From a virus (Duplodnaviria; Caudoviricetes), in IMG/VR virus record IMGVR_UViG_3300049139_000009, positions 1 to 25,477 of that record: DNA of 25,477 nucleotides. One strand, 5' to 3'. The notes beneath the pieces are model-generated. The model did not search any database, was not told where the DNA came from, and was given only the letters and a program-made list of their open reading frames with translations. The number at the start of each line of letters is the position of its first letter. Position 1 is the first letter of the stretch. Shown here piece after piece: positions 23,785-25,477 of the stretch. The position numbers and the translations under genes were made by a program.

Positions 23785-25140
23785 TCAGCGCGTTTCGTCT
23801 TGCTCGACGGTGAGCATCAGGCCGGGATAGACGCGTCCGATGTTCGTGTTCTTCTTCGTGAAGCCGCGCGCCTGCATGGATCGGGCGAATTCGACCTCGC
23901 TGCCGGGCACCTCTCCGCCCGCCAGGCACCACCCGGTCCAGGCGGCGAACAGGTCCCGCGCCTTCTCTTTGCCGTACGACGTTTCGCAGGTGCGCTCGTT
24001 GAGGAATCGGGCGAGTACGTCGCTGTCCGCCTGGTACTTGTCGGTGCGCGTCTTGACGATCTCGGGCGGGTTGAGGCCGTTCTGCTGGTAGTCGAGCCAT
24101 CCTTCGTAGGCCCAAGCGATCACGGTGGACTTGGCCGCCTTGAGCCGGTCGGGGAGTCCGCCGTCTCTCTCGTCCGGCGGGATGACCTCGTCGAAAGGGA
24201 CGACCAGGATTCGGCGCCACACGGCAGGGTCATCACCGGACACGATCGGCAGGTGGTTCGTCAGCATGATCAGGGTGTGGGACGGGTCGAACGTGATGGG
24301 GTTCTTGTGCATCAGGTTCGCCTCGATGGGGTCACCACCGACCAGCCTCTTCATGGTGGCTTCGGCGAACCTGCGCCCCTTCTCCGTCTCGGAGCAGAAG
24401 GCGAGCCGCGCCCCACGGAGTCGCATCTTGAACGCGCCGTGCCGCTCGTGCTTGCTCTCCATGAGGATGGCCGGGTCCACCTCGATGGCGTAGTCCCCGA
24501 ACGCCTCCATGACCGCGTCACGGAACGTGCCCTTACCGTTCGCTCCGGTCCCGGTCAGGATCGGCATCACGTGCTCGGTGACCTTGCCCAACATGGCGTA
24601 GCCGATGAGCCTGCGGACGAACGCGCGGACGTCGTCGTCGGGGAGGATGCGCCGAAGGAACGTCTCCCACTCGTAGTCGGGATCGGTGTGCAGGTTGCCG
24701 CCGGACACCTTCGTGATCAGGTCGTCTCGGCGGTTCGGATGATCGGCCCCGGTCTTGAGGTTGAGGGTGTTCGTCGGGGTGTTGAACAGGTACGGGTCAG
24801 CATCGAGTGCCTTGGACGAGGTGGAGATAGGCGGCAGGGCGGATGCGATCTTCAGCATCCCTTCAAGGCCGTTCGCCGATTCGGACCGCCGGATGTCGGC
24901 GAGCAGGTCATCGCGGGCCGGGCCGGTGAAGTCGGCCAGCGACTTGACCGCCTGCTTCGTGGTGGCGACGGCTGCCTTGATGTCGGTCCGCTCGTCGTCG
25001 AGCTGCCACCGGGAACCGTCCCACCTGTGCCAGCCGAGGCTGTGCACGTGGCGGAGTGAGGACGAGTGCTCCCTGACGAACCGCTCCGCCATGCGGAGCT
25101 GTCCCCGGTGCAGCTCGACGGGCTTGGTACTGGTGTTCAC
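23785..25140 (-). CDS. D5/P4-family SF3 replicative helicase (phage/plasmid primase P4 C-terminal type)
   Basis: D5-N region (WHRWDGSRW), Walker A GTGANGKGT, Walker B FCSE, motif C LTNH, arginine finger AVWRR, C-terminal wHTH. Confidence 0.93.
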   Translation of the reverse strand: MNTSTKPVELHRGQLRMAERFVREHSSSLRHVHSLGWHRWDGSRWQLDDERTDIKAAVATTKQAVKSLADFTGPARDDLLADIRRSESANGLEGMLKIASALPPISTSSKALDADPYLFNTPTNTLNLKTGADHPNRRDDLITKVSGGNLHTDPDYEWETFLRRILPDDDVRAFVRRLIGYAMLGKVTEHVMPILTGTGANGKGTFRDAVMEAFGDYAIEVDPAILMESKHERHGAFKMRLRGARLAFCSETEKGRRFAEATMKRLVGGDPIEANLMHKNPITFDPSHTLIMLTNHLPIVSGDDPAVWRRILVVPFDEVIPPDERDGGLPDRLKAAKSTVIAWAYEGWLDYQQNGLNPPEIVKTRTDKYQADSDVLARFLNERTCETSYGKEKARDLFAAWTGWCLAGGEVPGSEVEFARSMQARGFTKKNTNIGRVYPGLMLTVEQDETR

Positions 25141-25477
25141 CGGACCCCCTGGAGACGTCGGGGGTTACGCATTCCGGCGGTGAGTCCGCTTCGAATGGTC
25201 GCCTCGATTTGTCTCGGATTGCTGTTGCTGTCGTGGTCCAGGCCAACCGCATAGGCGGCCTGTGTCAGGGCGTTCTCGGCGTCGAGCTGGTCGAGGGCAC
25301 CAGCGCCTACGAGCGTGCCGAGGATGAACGCGGATCGGTTGAGGGTGTCGTTGCGGCCTTGGCCTTGACTGCGGGCGTCCATGACCCGCTGGACTTCGCC
25401 CTGCACGGCCGATGTGACGTACCGGTCGCGGAACTGGGGGAGGTTCACCGGGCGTTGCTGCGGCACGGGGGCGGGCT
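25137..25477 (-). CDS. C-terminal helical domain of a bifunctional primase/polymerase (5' part outside window)
   Basis: GRNDTLNRSAFILG...EATIRSGL..G...PR motif; frame open to the window edge; GTGA overlap with the helicase. Confidence 0.8.
   Translation of the reverse strand, partial: PAPVPQQRPVNLPQFRDRYVTSAVQGEVQRVMDARSQGQGRNDTLNRSAFILGTLVGAGALDQLDAENALTQAAYAVGLDHDSNSNPRQIEATIRSGLTAGMRNPRRLQGVR

Larger units (their letters stand above)
1..25477 (-). mobile_element. Siphovirus-like actinobacterial phage/prophage segment (replication, packaging, head and tail modules); both ends lie outside the window
   Basis: Co-oriented, tightly overlapping - strand genes in canonical order: helicase, terminase, portal, protease, capsid, tail tube, chaperone, tape measure, tail tip. 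High GC. No att site or integrase seen, so prophage versus free phage cannot be decided. Confidence 0.96.

Noticed and set aside
88-25059. Long + strand ORFs (e.g. 88..801, 1098..1946, 8445..9596, 14498..15991, 20873..22210, 23740..25059)
   Set aside because: Antisense shadows of well-supported - strand genes in GC-rich DNA; no recognisable motifs and biased Arg/Pro/Ala composition.
23785-25477. P4-type primase/helicase as evidence of a satellite (PICI or P4-like element)
   Set aside because: The element encodes its own complete head and tail modules.

Overview
The whole window is part of a high-GC, actinobacterial-type tailed phage or prophage with a non-contractile (siphovirus-like) tail. 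Every credible gene lies on the - strand. In transcription order (right to left): primase C-terminus (truncated); D5/P4-type SF3 helicase; a 29-bp inverted repeat (candidate origin); HNH-AP2 endonuclease; small early genes separated by hairpins; a DUF4326 fusion; a Zn/HTH regulator; TerS; TerL; portal; ClpP-type protease; HK97-fold capsid; head-completion genes; two paralogous tail-tube genes; tail chaperone with a -1 frameshift; tape measure; a lipoprotein; several tail-tip or fibre genes; a holin-like gene; and a final fibre gene (1..1703, missed by the ORF track) with nine 20-aa repeats. No integrase, repressor or endolysin is visible. The long + strand ORFs are antisense shadows. The most notable observations are: a nested out-of-frame gene with an apparent ATC start; a twice-repeated 41-nt structured element with a covarying inner stem; small beta-sandwich genes paired with Gly/Ser repeat proteins (possible beads-on-a-string fibre); duplicated tail tubes; and an acidic Bro-N-like domain fused to DUF4326. 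Family assignments come from motif recognition by eye, not from database searches.
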